This document shows positions 7,603 through 14,505 of a stretch of 24,000 nt of DNA, piece after piece. Origin of the DNA: Methanobacteriota archaeon (GTDB lineage Archaea; Thermoplasmatota; Thermoplasmata; SG8-5); contig VMTD01000001.1 of assembly GCA_013791785.1 (NCBI GenBank), positions 1 through 24,000 on the forward strand. Reading direction: 5' to 3'. Position 1 is the first letter of the stretch; every line of letters starts with the position of its first letter. The notes under the pieces were generated by a model, which saw only the letters and a list, made by a program, of their open reading frames with translations, did no database searches and was not told the origin of the DNA. A program made the position numbers and the translations under genes.

Positions 7603-7879
7603 GCCAATCGACAGAAAGCATATAAAAATCATCGCAGGAATACTGGTGATATTCGCAATCGGCCTTGTGGGTTATTACCTGTTCTCCGCCGAATACGGCG
7701 ACGGGCTGGAGGTCACGATGGAAGAAGCTGGAGTCGGGGAATCCAAGCCGGTCTACACAGGCCCGCTGGATTACGGCGACAGTTACGCTTCATCGTTGGC
7801 CATGGGCATAATCGGCTTCTTCGTGACGCTGCTTGTGGGATTCCTGCTTGCAAGGTTGCTGAGGAAGAGCGATGCATGA
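7595..7879 (+). CDS. PDGLE-domain small membrane protein (NikN/CbiN-like accessory component)
   Basis: 94-aa ORF with two TM helices flanking EYGDGLEVTMEEAG, a PDGLE-like motif. Its start overlaps the cbiM stop by 8 nt (gATGCATAA). Confidence 0.7.
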   Translation: MHKPIDRKHIKIIAGILVIFAIGLVGYYLFSAEYGDGLEVTMEEAGVGESKPVYTGPLDYGDSYASSLAMGIIGFFVTLLVGFLLARLLRKSDA

Positions 7880-8588
7880 ATCGCCCGACTGCCGGCCAGG
7901 TAACTACACCCCCTTCGACCCGCGGACCAAGATTGTGGGAGTCGCATTCTTCGTGGTGGCTGTGGCATTGCTGACGGAAAATATTCTACTGCTATTTTCT
8001 GTCGTATTCATGCTCTGCCTGCTGGTCATCTCAGGAGTTTCCGGCACCCGCATAGGGAAAAGATATGCCATTGCACTGCCATTCATATTGCTGGCATCCG
8101 TTTCCATGTACCTGACTTCCGGCCAGGACAGGGCGATGGGCATGTTTCTGAGAATTTCCGCATCCGTTCTCGCCCTGGTGTTGCTGTCGGTAACAACCGC
8201 TTTCCACGACCTGCTGAACGGGCTTCAGAGGCTGAGAGTTCCAGGGCTGGTCGTGAATATGCTCATGTTCACCTATCGATACATTTTCGTCCTTACTGAA
8301 GAGATGGGCAGGATGAACGTTGCCAGGCGCGCCAGGGGTTACAGGGGTGGCGGAAGTCTCCTGAACAGGCACATCATGGGAACGATATCGAATACAGCCG
8401 GCATGCTGCTGGTCAGGGCGTACGAGCGTGGGCTTCGGGTGCACGACTCTCTCACTGCCAGGGGCTATGACGGCCGTATCAGAACGCTCAGCCGCCAGAA
8501 CCTGCAGGCCCGGGATGCGGCATTCTGCGGGTCGCTGGTTTTCATGGGACTGTTCCTCATTTCGGCGGAACTGGGGATGCTGGCATGA
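7872..8588 (+). CDS. cbiQ: ECF transporter transmembrane (T) component CbiQ/NikQ
   Basis: 238-aa membrane ORF in the position expected for CbiQ. It carries the conserved ARRARG-type loop (NVARRARGYRGG) of EcfT/CbiQ proteins. It has an 8-nt overlap with the upstream gene (gATGCATGA) and an ATGA overlap with cbiO. Confidence 0.85.
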   Translation: MHESPDCRPGNYTPFDPRTKIVGVAFFVVAVALLTENILLLFSVVFMLCLLVISGVSGTRIGKRYAIALPFILLASVSMYLTSGQDRAMGMFLRISASVLALVLLSVTTAFHDLLNGLQRLRVPGLVVNMLMFTYRYIFVLTEEMGRMNVARRARGYRGGGSLLNRHIMGTISNTAGMLLVRAYERGLRVHDSLTARGYDGRIRTLSRQNLQARDAAFCGSLVFMGLFLISAELGMLA

Positions 8589-9403
8589 CGGTGCTGCGGC
8601 TCTCGAAAGTATCATACGCATATGACGACGATTCAAACGCCCTTGATGAAATTGACCTTTCGGTCGCGGGGGGGGAATGCGTCGCGGTTATCGGACCCAA
8701 CGGTGCGGGAAAATCCACATTGCTCAGGGTGATGGCCGGGCTGCTGGCGCCCACCGCCGGAACCGTGGAAATGATGGGCAAGAAACTTGATCGGAAGAAA
8801 ACGGCCGCCGGGGGAAATATCGGAATTCTGTTCCAGGATCCGGATGATCAACTATTCATGCCCAGCGTCCGGGAGGATGTTGCCTTCGGGCCGCTGAACC
8901 AGGGCCTGGGTACGGAAGAGGCCGGGAAACGCGTTACGGAGGCGCTGAGACTTGTGGGCCTGCCGAACTTCGGAGAGAGAGTACCGCATCACCTCAGCTA
9001 CGGGGAAAAGAAGCGCGTGGCAATAGCCGGAATACTGGCAATGCGTCCGAAAATTCTTCTGCTTGACGAACCGACTGCCAACCTGGACCCCCGGGGCAGG
9101 GCCGAACTCATGGGGCTAATCGGAAAACTGGGATGCACCGTGGTGATGGCCACCCATGACATGGAAACGGCTGCGGCCATGGCCGACAGGGTGTGCGTCC
9201 TGAACCGAAAGGTACTGGCCACAGGGGAGAAACGCGAGATACTGACAAATAGAAAATTGCTGGAGAGCAACGGTCTTGAGATGCCCACCGTTGCCAGGCT
9301 GTTCGCGGAGATGGACGCTGACGGCGAGATGCCGCTGACGGTGGGGGAAGCGGCGGGATGGATGGCCAAGAGAAATGAGGGCCTTGACAGAAAAGAGAAA
9401 TAA
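8585..9403 (+). CDS. cbiO: ECF transporter ATP-binding protein CbiO/NikO (ABC ATPase)
   Basis: Walker A GPNGAGKST, ABC signature LSYGEKKRV, Walker B ILLLDEPTANLD, and an H-loop ATHD. Confidence 0.92.
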   Translation: MTVLRLSKVSYAYDDDSNALDEIDLSVAGGECVAVIGPNGAGKSTLLRVMAGLLAPTAGTVEMMGKKLDRKKTAAGGNIGILFQDPDDQLFMPSVREDVAFGPLNQGLGTEEAGKRVTEALRLVGLPNFGERVPHHLSYGEKKRVAIAGILAMRPKILLLDEPTANLDPRGRAELMGLIGKLGCTVVMATHDMETAAAMADRVCVLNRKVLATGEKREILTNRKLLESNGLEMPTVARLFAEMDADGEMPLTVGEAAGWMAKRNEGLDRKEK

Positions 9404-9412
9404 TTCAAAAAG

Positions 9413-9420
9413 TTTAATAT
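9413..9420 (+). promoter_or_regulatory. TATA-box-like element (tttaatat, preceded by an A-rich BRE-like caaaaag) for tRNA-Gln
   Basis: Centred about 33 nt upstream of tRNA position 1 (9450). This fits a short pre-tRNA leader. Confidence 0.45.
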
Positions 9421-9449
9421 GGGTATGCGAATATCCGCGGCTACCGAAT

Positions 9450-9521
9450 AGCCCCGTGGTGTAGTGGTTATCATTAGAGACTCTGGATCTCTGGACTCCA
9501 GTTCGAATCTGGACGGGGCTA
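9450..9521 (+). tRNA. tRNA-Gln (anticodon CUG)
   Basis: Hand-folded cloverleaf.
- Acceptor AGCCCCG/CGGGGCT (7 bp, A1:U72), discriminator A.
- D arm GTGT-AGTGGTTA-TCAT.
- Anticodon arm AGAGA-CTCTGGA-TCTCT, with CTG at positions 34-36.
- 4-nt variable loop.
- T arm TCCAG-TTCGAAT-CTGGA.
- No encoded CCA, and a T-rich tract (ttatttt, 9528-9534) just downstream. Confidence 0.9.
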
Positions 9522-9740
9522 CTCTCATTATTTTGTAAACATGCCCGTCCAGATGAAGAACTGGCCCCACGAGCGGCTGTATCTTCATTAATGAAACCGG
9601 AGGCCGCGAGCAAGACGAATTTGTCACACAAATTCGTCGATGGTCCGAATCTGGACCCCCAGCTCTTACACTGGATTACGATTCGTTCATACTTCGTGTC
9701 TGGGGCCTATGCAAGAATTTACATCTGCAACCAATGCCAC

Positions 9741-9968
9741 CTGAAACTGGGCCTAACCATAAACTTCACCACGGCACCGCCCATCCCCATCATGCCCCGT
9801 CTGAATCGCTTCTCATATTATCTGGAGGGCGGGGTATTCGTCATCGAATTTTCCGAATTCGATGTCGTGTGACACGATTCCCGTCATCATCCTTTTAAAG
9901 CCTCGCCTGTAAGGGCGGGGTTAGCTTAAATCGGCGCACAACTCGGCTCCAGGGCTCCGGCACCGGCC
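9741..9968. repeat. Structured repeat family, copy A (right half only, about 230 bp)
   Basis: Aligns by eye to 16070-16299 (copy C) and 12100-12270 (copy B). It contains:
- a long-loop stem CCCCGTC (9795-9801) / GGCGGGG (9828-9834)
- hairpin CATCGAATT-ttccg-AATTCGATG (9842-9864)
- hairpin CCTCGCC-tgtaag-GGCGGGG (9901-9920)
The left boundary is approximate. Confidence 0.8.
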
Positions 9969-9979
9969 AACCGCCCAAA

Positions 9980-10000
9980 GCACCCCACCGCAAACTCCTT
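9980..10000. repeat. Degenerate copy of the cassette 3' motif (gcaccccaccgcaaactcctt)
   Basis: Related to 12582-12605 (gcaccctctccacaacaaactcct) with a 3-nt indel and two substitutions. It lies about 40 nt 3' of the stop of the minus-strand ORF at 10040. Confidence 0.45.
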
Positions 10001-10039
10001 GGCCGTGTTCCCCCACATCTCCCCACGCCTCGCACCCCC

Positions 10040-10285
10040 TCACGAACCCCGTCCCTCCATTTCCCTGAAAAGCGCTTCCTTATCCACTGTCGGATCAACC
10101 GGCTCATAGGCAAAGCAGCAGAACATCTCGCCTTTCTGGATTTCATCCAACTGGTCCATCCGTGTAAGATTGCATGCAACGATCTCTTTTCCGTTTATGA
10201 TGCATGATTGGCAAAGCAGCGGCACCGGTATTGAATCCTCATCGATTTTTGTTCCGTCGTCCAGGTAATATCCTCCTTCGGTCAT
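10040..10285 (-). CDS. Small cysteine-containing hypothetical protein (81 aa from the ATG at 10285; 90 aa if it starts at 10312)
   Basis: The ORF is immediately downstream of and co-directional with abiEii. The start at 10285 is preceded by AAAGGTGA with 7 nt between GGTGA and the ATG. The protein carries CQSC...C...CC (5 Cys), a possible zinc-binding arrangement. I do not recognise the family. Confidence 0.5.
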   Translation of the reverse strand: MTEGGYYLDDGTKIDEDSIPVPLLCQSCIINGKEIVACNLTRMDQLDEIQKGEMFCCFAYEPVDPTVDKEALFREMEGRGS

Positions 10286-10376
10286 CTTGGTTTCACCTTT
10301 GAACGAGGACATACCATAATCTCTTAAAAACCTTCTTTGTGCTGTATGGATTGCCGCCCTTAGGGGTTCGATTCCT

Positions 10377-11114
10377 CTACAGTTTCTCCTCGATTTCTTT
10401 TCTCACGGTCTCGAAACTCGGTGCCGTTACCATCAATGCCCTTAATTCCTTGTCCCAGACCGTTTTGATTTCCTCAAAGACCTCGTTGAACAGCGATTCG
10501 TTGAGTTTCAAATCATACATGTCCAGTTTCTTCTGTATCAGCGTCTTGTTAAAAATGGTTCCTTTATTCAAAAGGTACCAGATATCATAAGCGTCCCGGG
10601 CCTTCTTTCTGACGAGCATAGCCCTTACCTTTTCGGACATCATCTCCTCGAGAGACATGGATCTTAACCTGAAAGACGGAATATCCGGATATTGCGGAAA
10701 CATCTGTTTCCATTCTGTTTCGAGCAAAACTTCCCCGCAGCTCACATCCATCTGGACCCGGGCAAGGCTCTCCGGCGTTCCCTGATAAAGGAAGCCCTCG
10801 GAAACAAAAGTAACCAAGATGCCTGCCTTTGGCTCGTTTATTTTTACTTTTGAGGGGTAACCGAAGTCGTTTAGGTAATCTACAATTCGGTTTATTTTTC
10901 TGCGACTAATTTCTCCCGAGAAATCAAGATCCTCCGAGAATCTGTTCAGGCCGTGGAGTTTGTACAGCGCGGTGCCGCCCTTGAAAACAAGATTTGGCGT
11001 TTCCCTGGATACCGCCAATAATATGATTTCCTGGAAATAGTCCTTCTCGGCATAGCTCATGTTACTGATACCCTTGGTCCTGGCCACCCTTCTCAGTTCC
11101 TGCATATCTATCAT
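10377..11114 (-). CDS. AbiEii/AbiGii-family nucleotidyltransferase toxin (DUF1814, type IV toxin-antitoxin)
   Basis: Diagnostic N-terminal motif FKGGTALYKLHGLNRFSEDLDF, with a family-typical length of about 245 aa. The ATG at 11114 forms an ATGA overlap with the abiEi stop. The ORF track's earlier start at 11129 is a GTG. Confidence 0.85.
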   Translation of the reverse strand: MIDMQELRRVARTKGISNMSYAEKDYFQEIILLAVSRETPNLVFKGGTALYKLHGLNRFSEDLDFSGEISRRKINRIVDYLNDFGYPSKVKINEPKAGILVTFVSEGFLYQGTPESLARVQMDVSCGEVLLETEWKQMFPQYPDIPSFRLRSMSLEEMMSEKVRAMLVRKKARDAYDIWYLLNKGTIFNKTLIQKKLDMYDLKLNESLFNEVFEEIKTVWDKELRALMVTAPSFETVRKEIEEKL

Positions 11115-11755
11115 TTTGTTACCCTCCACCTGTTGCCTTTCTCCGCAGCGTAGTATCTTGAGTAGTTTCTGTCGCCGGCGATTCTCTCATGCAACAACTC
11201 GAGGAAATGGCCGGACGTTTCTGCCACGTAACCCACTTTCTTGATTGTACTTGTTGGCATTTTCAGCGCGTATTTCTCCAGCCTGGCGATGTCGCATTTC
11301 ATTATCGCGTTCCTGACCTCGTCCACTGGCACTCGTTCCGTTTCAATTGCATCGATTATGGCCTTCTCGAGGTCGGCAATGAAAATCCTGAAACCGTTGT
11401 AATTGATGGGCCTGTAGCCCCAGATACTGACTGACCTGATGAGTTCGACATTTCCGATAACCTCATTCTTTCTGGCCATGACCTCTATTCTGGTCGGGAG
11501 CTGGGTTGTTGTACCGTGGTGCTGGAACGCATACCAGAGCGAGATGTATGATGGGTGATAGATGTGAGAAGCGTAGATGAGAGGGTCCTCATGCACGGTG
11601 TAAAAACCTCTCTTCAACCGTTTTATCACTCCTTTGCTTGCCAGCTTGCTTAAATAAACTTTTGAGTAGTTCATATCGCCAACAGCTGCTGCGATTTGCT
11701 TGGTCGTGAATACTGGCACTCGCTCTGCAAACTCAAGGAGGTCTTTTTCTTTCAT
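11111..11755 (-). CDS. AbiEi-like antitoxin / wHTH transcriptional regulator
   Basis: The N-terminal wHTH (FTTKQIAAAVGDMNYSKVYLSKLASKGVIKRLKRGFYTV) plus C-terminal domain is typical of archaeal AbiEi/COG5340 proteins. The gene is translationally coupled upstream of abiEii. I prefer the ATG at 11755 (MKEKDLLEF...) over the track start at 11830. Confidence 0.78.
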   Translation of the reverse strand: MKEKDLLEFAERVPVFTTKQIAAAVGDMNYSKVYLSKLASKGVIKRLKRGFYTVHEDPLIYASHIYHPSYISLWYAFQHHGTTTQLPTRIEVMARKNEVIGNVELIRSVSIWGYRPINYNGFRIFIADLEKAIIDAIETERVPVDEVRNAIMKCDIARLEKYALKMPTSTIKKVGYVAETSGHFLELLHERIAGDRNYSRYYAAEKGNRWRVTK

Positions 11756-11830
11756 CTTATCACATACACATAAAGTTACCATAATAGATAACCTTTTCGG
11801 TGAAAGATAAGAAAGAGGTGTTAATTCCAA

Positions 11831-12270
11831 AATGTCGGCTAGATGGGGTGCCGTTGTTACCCCGGCCTCACAGCCGGGGCGTCACAGTTGAAGGATGCAA
11901 AATGCTCCATTTGTTTGGAAAAATATCACTTGATGCCAGAATAGTATAAAACCCCGCCCTCACAGGCGGGGCATGCTGGTTGCCAAATGACGTGCTGGTT
12001 TGTATGCCGAGGCATGGGTATGTAGTGGACAATCTCCTCTGAACCCGCCCAACCCCAACCGTCACCCCAACACCTGTCAATTCGGCCTAGTGGCTGGTTC
12101 CAGCTTTCCCCATCATGCCCCGTCTGAATCGCTGCTCATGTTGTCTGGAGGGCGGGGTACCCGCCATCGAATTTTTCGAATTCGATGTCATGTGACACGA
12201 TTCTCGTATCATCCTTTTAACGCCCCGGGTGTGAGCCCGGGGTTAGCTTAAATCGGCGTACAACCCGGCC
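11831..12270. repeat. Structured repeat family, copy B (full length, about 440 bp), MITE-like
   Basis: Aligns to copy C over its whole length at roughly 90 percent identity by eye in the left half. It has an about 45-bp replacement/insertion around 12060-12115. Hairpins:
- 11860-11879: CCCCGGC-ctcaca-GCCGGGG
- 11952-11971: CCCCGCC-ctcaca-GGCGGGG
- 12128-12167: long-loop stem
- 12175-12197
- 12233-12252: CCCCGGG-tgtgag-CCCGGGG. Confidence 0.85.
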
Positions 12271-12430
12271 ACGAAGCTGGTTCCAGCCATCCCGATTCTG
12301 CAGCTGCTTCCAACGTTCTACCCTAATACGCAACGCGAATCTAGAGAGAAAAGCCTCCTGTGCAAGATCCGCGCAACATGTTTCGCCTGTTTCGGGCGGA
12401 ACAGGCGAGTACCTGCCACCCCGGGGCAAG

Positions 12431-12536
12431 CCCCGAGGCTTCACAGTTGAAGGATGCAAAATGCTCCATTTGTTTGGAAAATATCACTTGATGCCAGAAT
12501 AGTATAAAACCCCGCCCTCACAGGCGGGGCATGCTG
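12431..12536. repeat. Structured repeat family, copy D (left-part fragment, about 106 bp)
   Basis: Nearly identical to 11874-11977 of copy B. It includes the agtataaaa box and the hairpin CCCCGCC-ctcaca-GGCGGGG (12510-12529). It ends abruptly after catgctg. Confidence 0.85.
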
Positions 12537-12579
12537 CAATTTCTAGTTGGATATTATGGTATTATTCTATTGCGAAAAA

Positions 12580-12600
12580 CCGCACCCTCTCCACAACAAA
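12580..12600. repeat. 21-nt exact repeat CCGCACCCTCTCCACAACAAA (site 1), 3' of the beta-helix protein gene
   Basis: Identical 21-mer at 14405-14425. Similarity continues weakly for about 12 more nt. A hairpin follows (aaact-CCTA-gtc-TAGG-...agttt, about 12597-12625). The site lies about 50 nt beyond the stop codon at 12651. Confidence 0.85.
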
Positions 12601-12650
12601 CTCCTAGTCTAGGGGCGCAGTTTGACAATCATTCATCTGGTTTTTTGGAA

Positions 12651-14318
12651 TCACTTTGCCTTCAATTTTTTGCTTTGATACATGAGTATCCCCATCACGA
12701 TAATGCTTTCAACTATTACTATGATCCCGCAAATCAGCATTGGAAAATCTTCGAACTCGCTTGTGTCCAGAAAATTATTTTGAAAAGTGTTGTTAGAAAT
12801 CGTGGGCGTACTAACAGTATCATAATCAATGCCCGAGTCAGAGTTGTCAATGAAAGTGTTATTGCGAATTGTTGCTTCCGAGGAAGTCAGTGAAACTCCG
12901 ACACTGTTATTCGAAAATGTATTCTCTTCTATCATGACGCCGGTTGAATCCCAAACAAGAATTCCCGTCTCGGTGCCCTGGATGGTGTTTCCCCGAATCA
13001 CCGAGGGCGAGTTCACAAGAACAATACCTTCCCACTCCGTATTTGAAATGGTGCAATTGGCAATCAATGCCCGGCAGTCCGAAATCATCAATGACCGCGA
13101 AGCACTACCCGTAATCGTGGTATTGGTGATGATTGCGTTTCCCCCGAAAACCTCGATGCCACCGCTTTCCGTCGGCCAGTATACATATCCCCAGAGATTC
13201 GTTATTGATGTATTATTCAACTCCAGTATACCAAAGCTTCGGAATTTAAACGTGCCATTGGACCTGAGAATAGAACCATGTATGCGTAATTCACCTGACT
13301 CCGTAACCCATATCTGTGCATTATCTTCCATGACCAATGTGACATTTTCCAGGAAGAGGGCGTTATCAACCAGGATATCCCCAGTTGGGTGAAGAGTGGT
13401 ATCCGAGTAATTTCTCATTGGAAGAACCGAGAATGATGGAGGTGCTCCTGGATCTGGATTTAATGTAGGCTCTCCTTCGTTCGAAAAAAGAATGAAAGCT
13501 ATGGGCGATGATATCATGCAAAAAATCAAAATGGCAGAGAATCCCGGGATAAATAATCTGTCCGACCTGAATTTCTCAGAGTGTTTTGCTAGCTTGAGGG
13601 GAAGCTGAGCAACCATCAATAAAAAAATCGGAAAAATTGCACCCACGATTGCGAGGGAAAAGCCCATGATGGCCAGATTGGTCCCGGGTGGCGCCTCTTG
13701 CGTACCCATAATGAATGAGAGTGCAAACCAGAAGATGTATGTAAGAGTGTAGAGTGCAATCTCGAGCAAAAGCAACCGTCTTCTGCTGTCGGTTGTCGGA
13801 ACTGGCCAAATGATGTTGCTCACAGGAGGGTTGGCTATACGGGATGCAATAATATCAATCTTTTCAGAAAGCCCATCAATGTTGGTGGAAATCGGCAATT
13901 TTGGATGAATTCCAAGAACCTTTTTTTTGAGCACGAATCCATAAAATTTTGGTCTGTACCATTGCGGGGGATCTATTCTCTCGAAATCGGAATAGGGCAT
14001 CAAGATGTTTTTTTGAAAGGGTTGGTTGATTTCAATGCCGTTCTCATAGAATCTGAACGGTTTGACGGAACGTATCAGAAAAAAGGCGAAAACAAACATC
14101 ATAACAATGCTTGTAATATATGTCCCCAGTAAGATAATATCCATATCGCCAGATTCCGTCGTAATCGTGCTATAAATATCAATGATGAACATAATTGAAA
14201 ATAAAGTTAAAAAACCACCTATCATCTTGAATGTATCCCATTTTCTCTTTTTTACCGATTCGGCAGACTCCTCCAAAATGAGCGCACCTTTATTCTCGAC
14301 CCCACATACCTCAAACAT
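12651..14318 (-). CDS. Polytopic membrane protein with an extracytoplasmic right-handed parallel beta-helix (PbH1/NosD-like) domain and a C-terminal TM anchor
   Basis: 555-aa ORF with about 5 N-terminal TM helices. The region from about residue 330 to 520 shows the periodic beta-helix pattern (NTSITN, GNAIITNTTITG, ALIANCTISN, VIRGNTIQG, VMIEENTFSNN, ATIRNNTFIDN, PTISNNTFQNN). The final TM is ICGIIVIVESIIVMGILMY. A TATA-like box (minus strand attaatatat) is centred about 25 nt upstream of the ATG. The region is visibly AT-richer than the core genes. Confidence 0.8.
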   Translation of the reverse strand: MFEVCGVENKGALILEESAESVKKRKWDTFKMIGGFLTLFSIMFIIDIYSTITTESGDMDIILLGTYITSIVMMFVFAFFLIRSVKPFRFYENGIEINQPFQKNILMPYSDFERIDPPQWYRPKFYGFVLKKKVLGIHPKLPISTNIDGLSEKIDIIASRIANPPVSNIIWPVPTTDSRRRLLLLEIALYTLTYIFWFALSFIMGTQEAPPGTNLAIMGFSLAIVGAIFPIFLLMVAQLPLKLAKHSEKFRSDRLFIPGFSAILIFCMISSPIAFILFSNEGEPTLNPDPGAPPSFSVLPMRNYSDTTLHPTGDILVDNALFLENVTLVMEDNAQIWVTESGELRIHGSILRSNGTFKFRSFGILELNNTSITNLWGYVYWPTESGGIEVFGGNAIITNTTITGSASRSLMISDCRALIANCTISNTEWEGIVLVNSPSVIRGNTIQGTETGILVWDSTGVMIEENTFSNNSVGVSLTSSEATIRNNTFIDNSDSGIDYDTVSTPTISNNTFQNNFLDTSEFEDFPMLICGIIVIVESIIVMGILMYQSKKLKAK

Positions 14319-14328
14319 AAAGGCATAT

Positions 14329-14354
14329 CCACAAAGAGATATATTAATTTGTGG
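14329..14354. promoter_or_regulatory. 7-bp inverted repeat CCACAAA...TTTGTGG enclosing the TATA-like box of the beta-helix protein gene (candidate operator)
   Basis: ccacaaa (14329-14335) and tttgtgg (14348-14354) flank gagatatattaa. The ATG at 14318 is about 25 nt from the TATA centre. Confidence 0.4.
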
Positions 14355-14404
14355 AAAGCCCTCGTCTTATTGTTGGGCCAGTCAAGTATTCACGCCGAGA
14401 AGTG

Positions 14405-14425
14405 CCGCACCCTCTCCACAACAAA
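14405..14425. repeat. 21-nt exact repeat CCGCACCCTCTCCACAACAAA (site 2), 3' of the ATPase gene
   Basis: Identical to 12580-12600. It is followed by a bulged hairpin atttCCGG-tccagcgag-CCGGcaaat (about 14423-14452). It lies about 80 nt beyond the stop at 14506. Confidence 0.85.
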
Positions 14426-14505
14426 TTTCCGGTCCAGCGAGGCCGGCAAATGCCCGTGCCCCGGATTCTGTCCATGGTCTGCGGTTCGCTCCGCGTGACT
14501 CGCTG

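Noticed and set aside
11868-12080. ORFs lying inside the structured repeats: 11868-12080, 15904-16221, 12217-12459 and 9895-10179 on the minus strand, and 9591-9872 and 12000-12251 on the plus strand.
   Set aside because: I counted about 17 nucleotide differences between copies B and C over about 190 nt, and they give about 12 amino-acid changes in the minus-strand frame. That means no synonymous bias. The frames are not maintained in all copies, the sequences are low-complexity (P/G/R-rich), and the differences track hairpin pairing instead. I treat them as non-coding.
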